From NCBI RefSeq assembly GCF_000017305.1, contig NC_009664.2:4200001-4232000 (forward strand): a DNA stretch of 32,000 nt, read 5' to 3'. The notes beneath the pieces are model-generated. The model was not told the DNA's origin. It made no database searches and worked only from the letters and a program-made list of their open reading frames with translations. Every line of letters begins with the position of its first letter. The stretch's first letter is position 1. The position numbers and the translations under genes were made by a program. The stretch is from Kineococcus radiotolerans SRS30216 = ATCC BAA-149 (lineage in GTDB: Bacteria; Actinomycetota; Actinomycetes; Actinomycetales; Kineococcaceae). This document shows, one piece after another, positions 9,190 through 17,679 of this stretch.

Positions 9190-9301
9190 GGGCGTGACGG
9201 TACTGGCCCTCCGTCCACGACCGCCGGCTCGGCCGTCCCGAGCGGGGCGCACGACGCGGTGCGCGCGGACCGCCCGGCGGGTGGACTGGCACGCTGCTGC
9301 G

Positions 9302-9910
9302 GTGAGCGACATCGGGGGAGAGGCACCCGCACCGCTGGACACGCTGCCGTGGCCGGTGCGCACCGCCCGCCTGGGCATCCGGCGGGTCACCGCCGACGAC
9401 GAGGGCCGCCTGTGGGCCTACCGGCGGCTGAACGAGGTGAGCCGGTGGGGTTCGTGGCGCCCGGTCGACCGGGACGACTGGCGGGCGATCCTGACCGCGC
9501 GGCTCCGCGACCTGCTCGTCGTCGAGCTCGACGGCCGCGTCGTCGGGGACCTGATGGTGAGGGTGGAGGACGGTTGGGCTCAGCGCGAGGTGCGGGGCCG
9601 GGCCCGTGGCGTGCAGGCCGAGCTCGGGTGGGCGCTGGACCCGGCTGCCGCCGGCCGCGGGTACGCCACGGAGGCGGTGCGGGAGGTGCTGCGGCTGTGC
9701 TTCGAGGACCTGGGTCTGCGGCGGGTGACGGCCTACGCCTTCGCGGCCAACGAGGCGTCCTGCCGGCTGGCGGAGCGCGTCGGGATGCGCCGGGAGGTGC
9801 ACGCGGTCGCCGACTCCCTGCACCGGGACCTGGGGTGGATCGACGGGGTCGGGTACGCCCTGCTGGAGGAGGAGTGGCGCGCCGGCCGCGGCGCACGGAC
9901 GGAGTCCTGA
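9302..9910 (+). CDS. GNAT N-acetyltransferase (RimJ/RimL-like)
   Basis: LGIRRVTADDEGRLWAY...ELGWALDPAAAGRGYATEAVREVL...ANEASCRLAERVGMRRE. GTG start at 9302, in the frame of track ORF 7760-9910. Confidence 0.8.
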   Translation: MSDIGGEAPAPLDTLPWPVRTARLGIRRVTADDEGRLWAYRRLNEVSRWGSWRPVDRDDWRAILTARLRDLLVVELDGRVVGDLMVRVEDGWAQREVRGRARGVQAELGWALDPAAAGRGYATEAVREVLRLCFEDLGLRRVTAYAFAANEASCRLAERVGMRREVHAVADSLHRDLGWIDGVGYALLEEEWRAGRGARTES

Positions 9911-9980
9911 TCCGCGTCGGCCGGACCGCGGCACCCTCGACGGTCCCGGCGGGACGCGGGCGCTCACCGGCGCCCCCGGG

Positions 9981-10646
9981 TCAGCCGCGCGGCACGGCCC
10001 CCAGCAGCAGGGTCCGGATCGCCGACCGCAGGGAACCGGGCAGGTCCAGGTGCAGCGCGGCCAGCGCCGGGTCGGCGTCGTAGGCGGCGCGCACGCCGGG
10101 CGGGGGCGAGCTGTAGGGCGCCAGGGCACCGGCCAGGACCATCGCGTGGAAGCAGAAGGTCTCGGCCGCGGCCCCAAGTTCCGGCACGTACCGGCGCAGC
10201 AGGTCGGCGGTGGCGGTGAGGCGGGCCAGGGCCGTCCGCTTGTGGCGCGTGACGACCTCGACGGGGACGTTGCGTTCCAGGACGGCGCCCTGCGCCCCCA
10301 GTAGGTCGCAGAGCACCCGCTGGCCCGCCAGGGACCGGGCGAGCACCGCGGACAGCTGCTCGGCGCGCGGCACCAGCGGCAGCGCCGGGTCGAGGCCGGT
10401 CTCGAGGTCGCCGGTCAGTTCGGCGAGCCAGTCCTGCAGGACGCGGTCCATCAGCTCGAGCAGGACCGCTTCACGGGAGTCGAAGTAGCGCAGCACGTTC
10501 GACTTGGCCAGGCCGACGCGGCGGCTGAGCTCGTTGAGGGTGACGTCGGCCACCGGCATCTCGTCGAGCATGGTGGCCGCGGTGTCGAGGATCGCCCGGC
10601 GCCGGATCTCGCGCTGCTCGTCGCTGCGGGCCCGCTGGAACGTCAC
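9981..10646 (-). CDS. TetR family transcriptional regulator
   Basis: N-terminal HTH ILDTAATMLDEMPVADVTLNELSRRVGLAKSNVLRYF. Divergent from the SDR gene. Confidence 0.9.
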   Translation of the reverse strand: MTFQRARSDEQREIRRRAILDTAATMLDEMPVADVTLNELSRRVGLAKSNVLRYFDSREAVLLELMDRVLQDWLAELTGDLETGLDPALPLVPRAEQLSAVLARSLAGQRVLCDLLGAQGAVLERNVPVEVVTRHKRTALARLTATADLLRRYVPELGAAAETFCFHAMVLAGALAPYSSPPPGVRAAYDADPALAALHLDLPGSLRSAIRTLLLGAVPRG

Positions 10647-10667
10647 GGGACCACCCTAGCAGTTTGC

Positions 10668-10735
10668 AGACCGCCGGTCTCTTGACAGCAGACCGGCGGT
10701 CTCTTAGCGTTGCGGACACAACAGACCGCTGGTCT
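10668..10735. promoter_or_regulatory. Three 13-bp palindromic operators AGACCGnCGGTCT in the TetR/SDR divergent intergenic region
   Basis: agaccgccggtct at 10668-10680, agaccggcggtct at 10690-10702 and agaccgctggtct at 10723-10735. Each is followed by ctt. Centre spacings are 22 and 33 bp. Confidence 0.7.
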
Positions 10736-10750
10736 CTTCAGGAGGACGAC

Positions 10751-11665
10751 ATGAACGCGAACTGGACCGCACGCCACGTCCCGGACCAGAGCGGCCGGGT
10801 GGCGGTCGTGACCGGCGCCAACACCGGCCTGGGTCTGGAGACGGCCAGGACCCTCGCCGAACGCGGCGCCACGGTGGTGCTCGCCGTGCGCGACGTCGAC
10901 AAGGGTGCGCGGGCCGCGGCCGGCCTCACCGGGAACGCCCCCGGGAACGTCGTCGTGCAGCGGCTCGACCTGTCGTCGCTGGAGTCGATCCGCGCGGCCG
11001 CGTCCGCGCTGCGCGACGCGCACCCCCGCATCGACCTGCTCGTCAACAACGCCGGGGTGATGTACACCCCGAGGCAGACGACCCGGGACGGTTTCGAGCG
11101 GCAGTTCGGCACCAACCACCTCGGCCACTTCGCCCTCACGGGGTTGCTGCTGGAGCGGATGCTGCCCGTCCCCGGCTCGCGCGTGGTCACGGTCAGCAGC
11201 ACGGGTCACCGCATCCGCGCCGCCATCCGCTTCGACGACCTGCAGGGGGAACGCTCCTACTCCCGCGCCGCTGCGTACGGCCAGTCCAAGCTCGCCAACC
11301 TCATGTTCACCTACGAGCTGCAGCGCCGCCTCGCCGCGCACGGGACGACCACCGTCGCCGTGGCCGCGCACCCGGGGGTGGCGAACACCGAACTGGTCCG
11401 GAACTCCCCGGCCGCGGTCCGGGCCGCGGTGGACCGGCTCGCCCCGCTCCTCACCCAGCCGGCCGCGATGGGCGCCCTGCCGACCCTGCGGGCCGCGACC
11501 GACCCGTCCGTCCTGGGCGGGCAGTACTACGGACCCGGCGGCCGCGGGGAGGTCCGCGGGTACCCCCGGCTCGTCACCTCCAGCCCGCAGTCGTACGACC
11601 TCGCGGACCAGCGACGGTTGTGGGCGGTTTCCCAGGAACTCACGGGCGTGGAGTTCCCCCTCTGA
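10751..11665 (+). CDS. Short-chain dehydrogenase/reductase (SDR)
   Basis: VAVVTGANTGLGLETA Rossmann motif, NNAG, and the active-site Y-x3-K in YGQSKLAN. GGAGGA RBS at 10741-10746 before ATG 10751. Confidence 0.9.
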   Translation: MNANWTARHVPDQSGRVAVVTGANTGLGLETARTLAERGATVVLAVRDVDKGARAAAGLTGNAPGNVVVQRLDLSSLESIRAAASALRDAHPRIDLLVNNAGVMYTPRQTTRDGFERQFGTNHLGHFALTGLLLERMLPVPGSRVVTVSSTGHRIRAAIRFDDLQGERSYSRAAAYGQSKLANLMFTYELQRRLAAHGTTTVAVAAHPGVANTELVRNSPAAVRAAVDRLAPLLTQPAAMGALPTLRAATDPSVLGGQYYGPGGRGEVRGYPRLVTSSPQSYDLADQRRLWAVSQELTGVEFPL

Positions 11666-11708
11666 ACCCCGGTCCGGCGCCGGGTGGCCCGGTGGTCGTG
11701 GAGAAGCG

Positions 11709-12215
11709 GTGGAGGCGGCACCGCGACCCCGCCCGCGGCGGTACACAGGACGGGTGGGACCTCGTCGCGTCGTGCTGGCCGCCGCCGCTCTGACCGCTGC
11801 TCTCGCGGGGTGCGGGTCCCCGTCGGGCACCGCGGACCCGGAGGTGGTCGAACGCCACGTCGCCTCCCGGTCGGCCCCCGACGTCGTGCGCGACTACCTC
11901 GACGCCGTGCAGGACGACGACCGGGCCACCGCCGCGGTCCTGTCCACCCCGGGCTTCGCCGCGCAGGACGTGTGGCAGCGCGACGGGGCACCGGACCTGG
12001 ACGACGTCGAGGTCTCCGACGACACCACGTCGTACGACACCGGCTGGAGCTCGGAGGAGCTGCAGGCGTACGCGCAGGCGGTCGACGTGCAGGCGACGTA
12101 CCGCGCCGACGACGGCGGCACGGGGACGGCGGGTGGCGAACCGGGGTGGGGGTACGTGCTGGTGCGCCACTCCGACCAGGACCCGTGGCTCATCGCCTCG
12201 GCGGGTCACGGCTGA
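11709..12215 (+). CDS. Putative lipoprotein
   Basis: Signal peptide with lipobox LAGC (VVLAAAALTAALAGCGSPSG). An alternative GTG start at 11754 gives a more typical signal-peptide length. Confidence 0.65.
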   Translation: MEAAPRPRPRRYTGRVGPRRVVLAAAALTAALAGCGSPSGTADPEVVERHVASRSAPDVVRDYLDAVQDDDRATAAVLSTPGFAAQDVWQRDGAPDLDDVEVSDDTTSYDTGWSSEELQAYAQAVDVQATYRADDGGTGTAGGEPGWGYVLVRHSDQDPWLIASAGHG

Positions 12216-12245
12216 CGGCGGGGTCCCGGAGCGGCACCGGGGCGG

Positions 12246-13190
12246 TCAGTCGGTCCGGGCGGCGGCCCGGGCGGCGGCCCGGGCGATGGCCTGGGCCCGC
12301 CACCGCAGCTGGCTGGTCGCCGCCCACCCGACGACCGGTCGCAACAGCTTGCGCCGCAGGGTGTGACGCGCGGAACCCAGCTCCAGGTGCAGCCGGCAGG
12401 CGACGCCCACCGGTTCCACCCGCACCCGGGAGGTCGTGCTGATCTCGCGGTGGCCGACGCGGAAGCGGTGCCAGGTGATCTCCCGTCCGGGGACGAGGTG
12501 GCTGACGACCTGCTCGGCCACCACCTCGCGCCCCCGTCCGCGGTAGGTCAACCGCTGCACCCCGTCGGACCCGGTCTCGGCCCGCACGCAGGCGGTGTCC
12601 CACTCCGGGCGGCGGGTGACGTCGGAGACCAGGTCCCACACCCGCCCGGCGTCGACGGGGACGTCCTGGACCAGGGTGGCGATCCATCCCGGTCCCCCCG
12701 TCCCCGGTGCGGCGGGGGAGCCGGGGTCGACGGCGCGGGGCGCTGCGTGGTCCTGCCCGGTGGCGGTGCGCAGGACGTCCACGTCGACGTCGAGGTGGGT
12801 CAGGACGCGCTCGACGCGCCGCCCCTCGTCGTCCAGCAGCGCGAGCAGCAGTCCACGGTCGTCGCCCTCGTAGGGGATCCGCTTCATCACCGCCATCGCG
12901 CGGTCGTTGAACGGCACCGCCTGCGCGGCGCGGAAGGAGGGTTCCGGTCCGTCGGGCACGGCCGGGACCGGCACCTGCAGGTCGAGGTGGACCAGTTCGC
13001 GCTGCCGCACCTCGACCACCGCCCGCCGCAGCCCGGGCAGGTCCACGCCGGCGGAGGTGAGCAGTGCGGCGCTGGGACCGCCGGTGACCAGCAGCCCCAG
13101 CAGCAGGTGCTCCAGGTCGAGTTCGGGGTCTCCCGCGCGGGCCGCCTCCTCGAGGGCGGCGGAGGTGATGTAGCGCGACTGCCGCCACAT
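12246..13190 (-). CDS. Clp_N-repeat domain fused to an SRPBCC (polyketide-cyclase/START-like) domain
   Basis: The N-terminal half has two Clp_N-like repeats (ALEEAARAGDPELDLEHLLLGLL; AMAVMKRIPYEGDDRGLLLALLDDEG). The C-terminal half reads VPVDAGRVWDLVSDVTRRPEWD..., which is SRPBCC-like. ATG 13190 is preceded by GGGAGGA. An alternative ATG at 13244 overlaps the upstream stop. Confidence 0.7.
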   Translation of the reverse strand: MWRQSRYITSAALEEAARAGDPELDLEHLLLGLLVTGGPSAALLTSAGVDLPGLRRAVVEVRQRELVHLDLQVPVPAVPDGPEPSFRAAQAVPFNDRAMAVMKRIPYEGDDRGLLLALLDDEGRRVERVLTHLDVDVDVLRTATGQDHAAPRAVDPGSPAAPGTGGPGWIATLVQDVPVDAGRVWDLVSDVTRRPEWDTACVRAETGSDGVQRLTYRGRGREVVAEQVVSHLVPGREITWHRFRVGHREISTTSRVRVEPVGVACRLHLELGSARHTLRRKLLRPVVGWAATSQLRWRAQAIARAAARAAARTD

Positions 13191-13243
13191 CGTCCTCCCG
13201 CCGCCCGGGCCGGCCGCCGTCCTGCTCCCGCGTCGAAACCGCA

Positions 13244-13489
13244 TCAGGTCCGCCTCTCCTGTCCGTCCACGACGTCGCGCAACCGCTTGGCGTACTTCTT
13301 GTGCACGGCCTGGCGCGTCACGCCCAGGTCCGCGGCGATGTCCGACCAGGACGCGCCCTGCCGCAGGGCCTGCTCGACCTGGCGCAGTTCCAGCGTCTCC
13401 AGCAGCCGCCGCAGCGCGGCCACGGCCCGCAGGCCGCGGGAGGAGTCGCTCGTGTCGGCGGCCGCGCCGGCCAACCGGGTCGCGTCCAC
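13244..13489 (-). CDS. Small helix-turn-helix DNA-binding protein (81 aa)
   Basis: The C-terminal WSDIAADLGVTRQAVHKKYAKRL is a classic HTH. The gene lies directly upstream of, and is coupled to, the Clp_N-SRPBCC gene. Confidence 0.7.
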   Translation of the reverse strand: MDATRLAGAAADTSDSSRGLRAVAALRRLLETLELRQVEQALRQGASWSDIAADLGVTRQAVHKKYAKRLRDVVDGQERRT

Positions 13490-13492
13490 GTC

Positions 13493-13534
13493 GTCAACCT
13501 AGGTTGCTGTCGGGGACGCGTCAACCTGGGTTGC
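13493..13534. promoter_or_regulatory. Two copies of the palindrome GTCAACCTrGGTTGC between the HTH gene and phnD
   Basis: gtcaacctaggttgc at 13493-13507 has a perfect palindromic core CAACCTAGGTTG. gtcaacctgggttgc at 13520-13534 is a near copy. A degenerate third copy, ccaaccgggtcg, lies at about 13471-13482. Confidence 0.55.
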
Positions 13535-13628
13535 GCAGCGGCGCGCGCCCCGCTCCCACCCCGCCCCGCGGGCCCCGGCGAGGGGGAGCGCGGGGCGCCG
13601 GGAACCGTCCCGGGACGGGTGCGACAGG

Positions 13629-14672
13629 ATGACCGCCGTCCGGTCCCGTCGACCAGGAGGTTCCCGTGCCCGCTCCCACGTCCGGTCCGACGACGTGACG
13701 GTCGTCCCTCGTGCCGCCCGGTCGGGTGGTCCCGCCGCATCGAACCGCTGTACCCGGCGCCGTTTCCTGACCGGCGCCGCGACGTCGGCGGTCGCCGCCG
13801 GGCTCGCCGCCTGCAGCGACCGCACGTCCCCCGTCGGTGCCGCCCCCGGCTCGACGGGCGCCGGCGGCCGGGGGTCGCTGACCATCGGGGCCATCCCGGA
13901 CCAGGACCCGGAGGTCCTGCAGCGCCTGTACGCCGCCGTCGCCGACTCCGTGGCGCAGGCCACCGGCCTCGCCGTCACCTACCGCCCGGTCACCGACTAC
14001 GGCGCCGCGGTCTCCGCGTTCCGCACCGGGGACCTGGACCTCGTCTGGTTCGGCGGGCTCACCGGTGTGCAGGCCCGGTTGCAGGCACCGGGCGCCCGGG
14101 TCGTCGCCCAGCGCGACATCGACGAGGACTTCCACTCGGTCTTCGTCGTGAACACCGCCACCGGTCTGAGCGCCTCGGACGACCTGACCCCCCTCGCCGG
14201 GCTGCGGTTCACCTACGGCAGCCAGACCTCCACCTCGGGCGCGCTGATGCCCGCGTACTTCCTCGCCCAGCAGGGGGTCGACCCGCGAGGTTTCCCGGGG
14301 GGCCCGGGCCACAGCGGGTCCCACGACGCGACGCTGCAGCTGGTCGCCTCCGGCAGCTACCAGGCCGGGGTGCTCAACGAGCAGGTGTGGGCCTCCCGCA
14401 GCGAGGCCGGTGAGGTGGACCCGGCGGTGCGGCTGTACGCGCGCACCCCGGCCTACCACGACTACCACTGGGTGCTCGGCCCGCAGGCCGTGGACCGGCT
14501 GGGGGAGGAACTGCCGCAGCGGCTGAGCGACTACTTCCTCGCCCTCTCCCTCGACGACCCTGACGACCGGGCCGTCCTGGACCTGTTCGGCGCGCAGCGG
14601 TTCATCGCCACGCAGGCGTCCAACTACGACCAGATCGAGGACATCGGCAGGCAGCTGGGGTTGATCACCTGA
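13629..14672 (+). CDS. phnD: Phosphonate/phosphite ABC transporter substrate-binding protein (PhnD family), Tat/lipoprotein-type signal
   Basis: RRRFLTGAATSAVAAGLAACSD signal, then GAIPDQDPE...TDYGAAVSAFRTGDLDLVWFGG...YHDYHWV, typical of PhnD. The start is uncertain because the N-terminal extension is long. Confidence 0.85.
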   Translation: MTAVRSRRPGGSRARSHVRSDDVTVVPRAARSGGPAASNRCTRRRFLTGAATSAVAAGLAACSDRTSPVGAAPGSTGAGGRGSLTIGAIPDQDPEVLQRLYAAVADSVAQATGLAVTYRPVTDYGAAVSAFRTGDLDLVWFGGLTGVQARLQAPGARVVAQRDIDEDFHSVFVVNTATGLSASDDLTPLAGLRFTYGSQTSTSGALMPAYFLAQQGVDPRGFPGGPGHSGSHDATLQLVASGSYQAGVLNEQVWASRSEAGEVDPAVRLYARTPAYHDYHWVLGPQAVDRLGEELPQRLSDYFLALSLDDPDDRAVLDLFGAQRFIATQASNYDQIEDIGRQLGLIT

Positions 14673-14686
14673 ACGCCGCCGCGCGG

Positions 14687-15415
14687 TTGTCCGGGGTCGA
14701 GGTCCGCTACGGCGGCACCACGGCCCTGACCGGTCTGGACCTCACCGTCCGGGCCGGGGAACGGGTTGCCGTGGTGGGTCCCTCGGGGGCGGGGAAGTCC
14801 ACCCTGCTGCGCCTGCTCAACGGGTCGCTCACCCCGAGCGCGGGATCGGTCGAGGTCCTCGGCGTCGACCCGCGCACCCTCACCGGGCGCGACCAGCGGC
14901 GGCTGCGGGCGCGGGTCGGTACCGTCCACCAGCAGCTGGAACTCGTCGGGCCGCTGCGCGTGGTCCACAACGTCAACGCCGGCCGGCTCGCGGCCTGGCC
15001 GGTGTGGCGCGCGGCGTGGTCGCTGCTCAGACCGCAGGGGGTTCCCGAGGTGGCCGCGGCCCTGGCGCAGGTCGGCTTGTCGCAGCGGCTGTACGAACGC
15101 ACCGACCGCCTCTCCGGCGGGCAGCAGCAACGGGTGGCCCTGGCCCGGGTGCTGGTGCAGCGCCCGGACCTCGTGCTGGCCGACGAACCGGCCTCCGCGC
15201 TCGACCCCGCGCTGGCCGAGCGGGCGCTGACCCTGCTGAGCACCTCGGTCGCCGAACGCGGCGGCACCCTGCTCGCCTGCCTGCACGACCCCGCGCTCGC
15301 GCTGCGCCACTGCACCCGGGTGGTGGGCCTGGTCGAGGGTCGTCTCGTGCTCGACGCGCCCGCGGACGCGCTGGGCCCGGGCGACCTGGCCGAGTTCTAC
15401 GGGATGAGCCGGTGA
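14687..15415 (+). CDS. phnC: Phosphonate ABC transporter ATP-binding protein
   Basis: Walker A GPSGAGKST, signature LSGGQQQRVALARVL, Walker B LVLADEP. TTG start at 14687. Confidence 0.9.
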   Translation: MSGVEVRYGGTTALTGLDLTVRAGERVAVVGPSGAGKSTLLRLLNGSLTPSAGSVEVLGVDPRTLTGRDQRRLRARVGTVHQQLELVGPLRVVHNVNAGRLAAWPVWRAAWSLLRPQGVPEVAAALAQVGLSQRLYERTDRLSGGQQQRVALARVLVQRPDLVLADEPASALDPALAERALTLLSTSVAERGGTLLACLHDPALALRHCTRVVGLVEGRLVLDAPADALGPGDLAEFYGMSR

Positions 15416-17082
15416 GCGCCGCGGCGGGGCCGGCCGAGCCGCGGTTGCGCCGCTCGCGGGCCCGGTGGGCCTGGGCCGTCGGCGTCCTCCTCGTCGTGGG
15501 GTGGTCCCTGGCCGGGGCGGGGGCGTTCTCCGGGGAGGTGCTGAACCCGGCCGGGGTGCGGCAGTTCACCCGCTTCGCCGTCGGCGCGCTGCACCCGGAC
15601 CTGTCCGCGGACTTCCGCGGTGTGCTGGTGACGAGCACGCTGGTCACCGTCGCCTACGCCGCGCTGGGGGCGGCGCTGGCGGTGCTGGCCGGGGCGCTCG
15701 GCGCGCTCGCCCTGACCCGCACGACGTGGGGGCGCCGGCGGGCGGGCTGGGTGCTGGCCCGCGCGGTCGTCGCCGTCCCCCGCGGTCTGCACGAGGCGGT
15801 GTGGGGTCTGTTGCTGGTCAACGTCCTCGGCCTGAACCCCTGGGTGGGGGTCCTGGCCATCGCCGTCCCCTACGGCGCGGTCAGCGCGAAGGTGTTCGCC
15901 GACCTGCTCGACGAGGTGCCCCGCGGTGGGTACGAGGCGCTGCTGGCCGCCGGCGCCGGCCGCGGGGTCGCGGCGCTCTACGGGCTCCTGCCCCCGGCCG
16001 CCGGGGGACTGCTGGCGTACGCGTTCTACCGGCTGGAGTGCGCCGTGCGCTCGGCGGTGGTGCTGGGGCTCATCGGCGCCGGCGGGCTGGGGTACCAGCT
16101 CTCGCTGTCGTTCAGCTCGCTGCGCTGGGAGCAGGTCTGGAGCTGCGTCTACGCCCTGACCGCGCTCTGCGTCGCCGCCGTCGTCGCCGGTCGTGCGGTG
16201 CGCCGCCGCCTGAGCGACCCGCCGCCCGTGCGGGGGGACCGGCTGCGGCGCGACGCCGCGCTGACGTGGGCGGGGCTGGCCGCCCTCGCCCTCACCGCGT
16301 GGTCGTGGTGGTACCTGGCGGTCGACCCGGCCACCCTGGTCGACGTCCGGGCGCGGGAGCAGGTGTCCTACCTGGCCGGGCTGGCGTGGCCGGTCAGCAC
16401 CTCCGGTCCGCTGCTGCACGCGCTGGGCCGCGCCGCGGTCGACACGGTGCAGATGTCGGTCATCGCCATCGCCCTGGCCACCGCCGGTGCGGTGCTGCTG
16501 TCCGGGCTCGCCGTCCGCCCGGCCCACCGGCGCCACTCCACCCACCCGGGTCGCGCCCCGCGACGCCCCGGGGTGCGGCGGGCCGCCGTCGTCCTCGCCG
16601 GTGCGGTCGTGCGGGGTCTCGTGCGGGGCGCGCTGCTGCTCCTGCGCGCCGTGCCCCCGCCGGTGTGGGCCCTGGTCCTGCTGTTCGTGCTGCGCCCGGG
16701 GATCCTCCCGGGTGCTCTCGCCCTGGGGGTCTACACCCTCGGCGTCCTCGGCCGGCTGACCGCCGAGGCGCTGGAGGAACTCGACCCGCGACCGGCGCGG
16801 GCGCTGACGGTGCTCGGGGCGAGCGCGAGCGGGGTGTGGCTGTACGGGGTGGCGCCGCGCGCGGTGGGCCCCGTGTTCGCCTACGCGCTGTACCGGTGGG
16901 AGGTCGCGATCCGCGACACGGTGCTCGTCGGGTTGCTGGGCGCGGGCGGCCTCGGTGCGCTGCTCGCCACGTCGCTGCAGACGTTCGACTGGCCCGCCGT
17001 GGCCACGACCCTCGGGGTGCTGGTGCTGCTGACCCTCGCCGTCGACCTCGTCAGCGACCGGGCGCGGGAGGTGGTGCGCTGA
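15412..17082 (+). CDS. phnE: Phosphonate ABC transporter permease, fused tandem PhnE-PhnE
   Basis: GTGA overlap with phnC (15412-15415). Two permease halves each end in the PhnE-type motif (VLGLIGAGGLGYQL and VLVGLLGAGGLGALL). The track ORF 15004-17082 is this frame extended upstream. Confidence 0.85.
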   Translation: MSAAAGPAEPRLRRSRARWAWAVGVLLVVGWSLAGAGAFSGEVLNPAGVRQFTRFAVGALHPDLSADFRGVLVTSTLVTVAYAALGAALAVLAGALGALALTRTTWGRRRAGWVLARAVVAVPRGLHEAVWGLLLVNVLGLNPWVGVLAIAVPYGAVSAKVFADLLDEVPRGGYEALLAAGAGRGVAALYGLLPPAAGGLLAYAFYRLECAVRSAVVLGLIGAGGLGYQLSLSFSSLRWEQVWSCVYALTALCVAAVVAGRAVRRRLSDPPPVRGDRLRRDAALTWAGLAALALTAWSWWYLAVDPATLVDVRAREQVSYLAGLAWPVSTSGPLLHALGRAAVDTVQMSVIAIALATAGAVLLSGLAVRPAHRRHSTHPGRAPRRPGVRRAAVVLAGAVVRGLVRGALLLLRAVPPPVWALVLLFVLRPGILPGALALGVYTLGVLGRLTAEALEELDPRPARALTVLGASASGVWLYGVAPRAVGPVFAYALYRWEVAIRDTVLVGLLGAGGLGALLATSLQTFDWPAVATTLGVLVLLTLAVDLVSDRAREVVR

Positions 17083-17084
17083 CG

Positions 17085-17163
17085 GGCCGCGGGGACCGGC
17101 CCCGCGGCCGCCCCCCGGCCCGTCCGGTGCAGCGGCCCGGGCCCGCCGATCGCCGGGCCCGGG
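17085..17163. terminator. Two 10-bp GC hairpins in the convergent gap between phnE and the thioesterase gene
   Basis: GGCCGCGGGG-accgg-CCCCGCGGCC at 17085-17109 and CCCGGGCCCG-ccgatcgc-CGGGCCCGGG at 17136-17163. Neither has a T-tract. Confidence 0.5.
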
Positions 17164-17165
17164 TC

Positions 17166-17633
17166 TCACCAGCCGCGGAACCGCACCTGCTCGCCGAGGT
17201 GCGGGGTGAACTGGGCGCGTTCCTCCTCGGTCATCGGCTGCGGGCGACCGGAGCTGACGTCGACCAGGACCATGCGGCTGCGGGCGACCGCGGCCACGTC
17301 GGCCTCGTCGTCGTGCTGCGCGACCGCCTGGTAGGCGACGTCGACGCTGCTGGTGCCCAGCCGCGTCGCCCAGATGTCGATGGTGAGCCGGTGGCGGCCG
17401 TAGATCAGCGGGGAGCGGTACTCCACCTCGTGACGCACCGCCAGCATCGCCCGGGTGGACACCTGACCGCCGACCTCCACCCCCGCGGCGGGGAAGGCGC
17501 TGAAGCGGGCGTCCTCGAAGAAGCGCAGGAAGGCGGTGTTGTTCACGTGGCCGAAGGCGTCCATGTCCGACCAGCGCAGCGGGATGGGCACCGACACGGC
17601 GTGGCGGAGGCGGAGGTCGTCGACGTGGCTCAC
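17166..17633 (-). CDS. Acyl-CoA thioesterase (4HBT/YbgC-like hotdog fold)
   Basis: VPIPLRWSDMDAFGHVNNTAFLRFFEDAR is the typical 4HBT N-terminal motif. Confidence 0.8.
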   Translation of the reverse strand: MSHVDDLRLRHAVSVPIPLRWSDMDAFGHVNNTAFLRFFEDARFSAFPAAGVEVGGQVSTRAMLAVRHEVEYRSPLIYGRHRLTIDIWATRLGTSSVDVAYQAVAQHDDEADVAAVARSRMVLVDVSSGRPQPMTEEERAQFTPHLGEQVRFRGW

Positions 17634-17679
17634 GCGGGCAGTGTGCCCGACCCGGCGGACCCGTCGGTGGCGCGACCCC

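Noticed and set aside
8804-10177. 457-aa minus-strand ORF and 496-aa plus-strand ORF (8593-10083) spanning the P-loop, GNAT and TetR region
   Set aside because: They are low-complexity shadow frames that conflict with three motif-bearing genes.
13626-13640. GGATGACCGCCGTCC at the annotated phnD start resembles the array motif
   Set aside because: Only a 9-mer (GGATGACCG) matches and the flanking consensus is absent. A chance match is plausible in GC-rich DNA.
15397-17169. 590-aa minus-strand ORF and 821-aa plus-strand ORF (15465-17930) over phnE
   Set aside because: They are shadow frames; the PhnE frame has clear TM segments and permease motifs.
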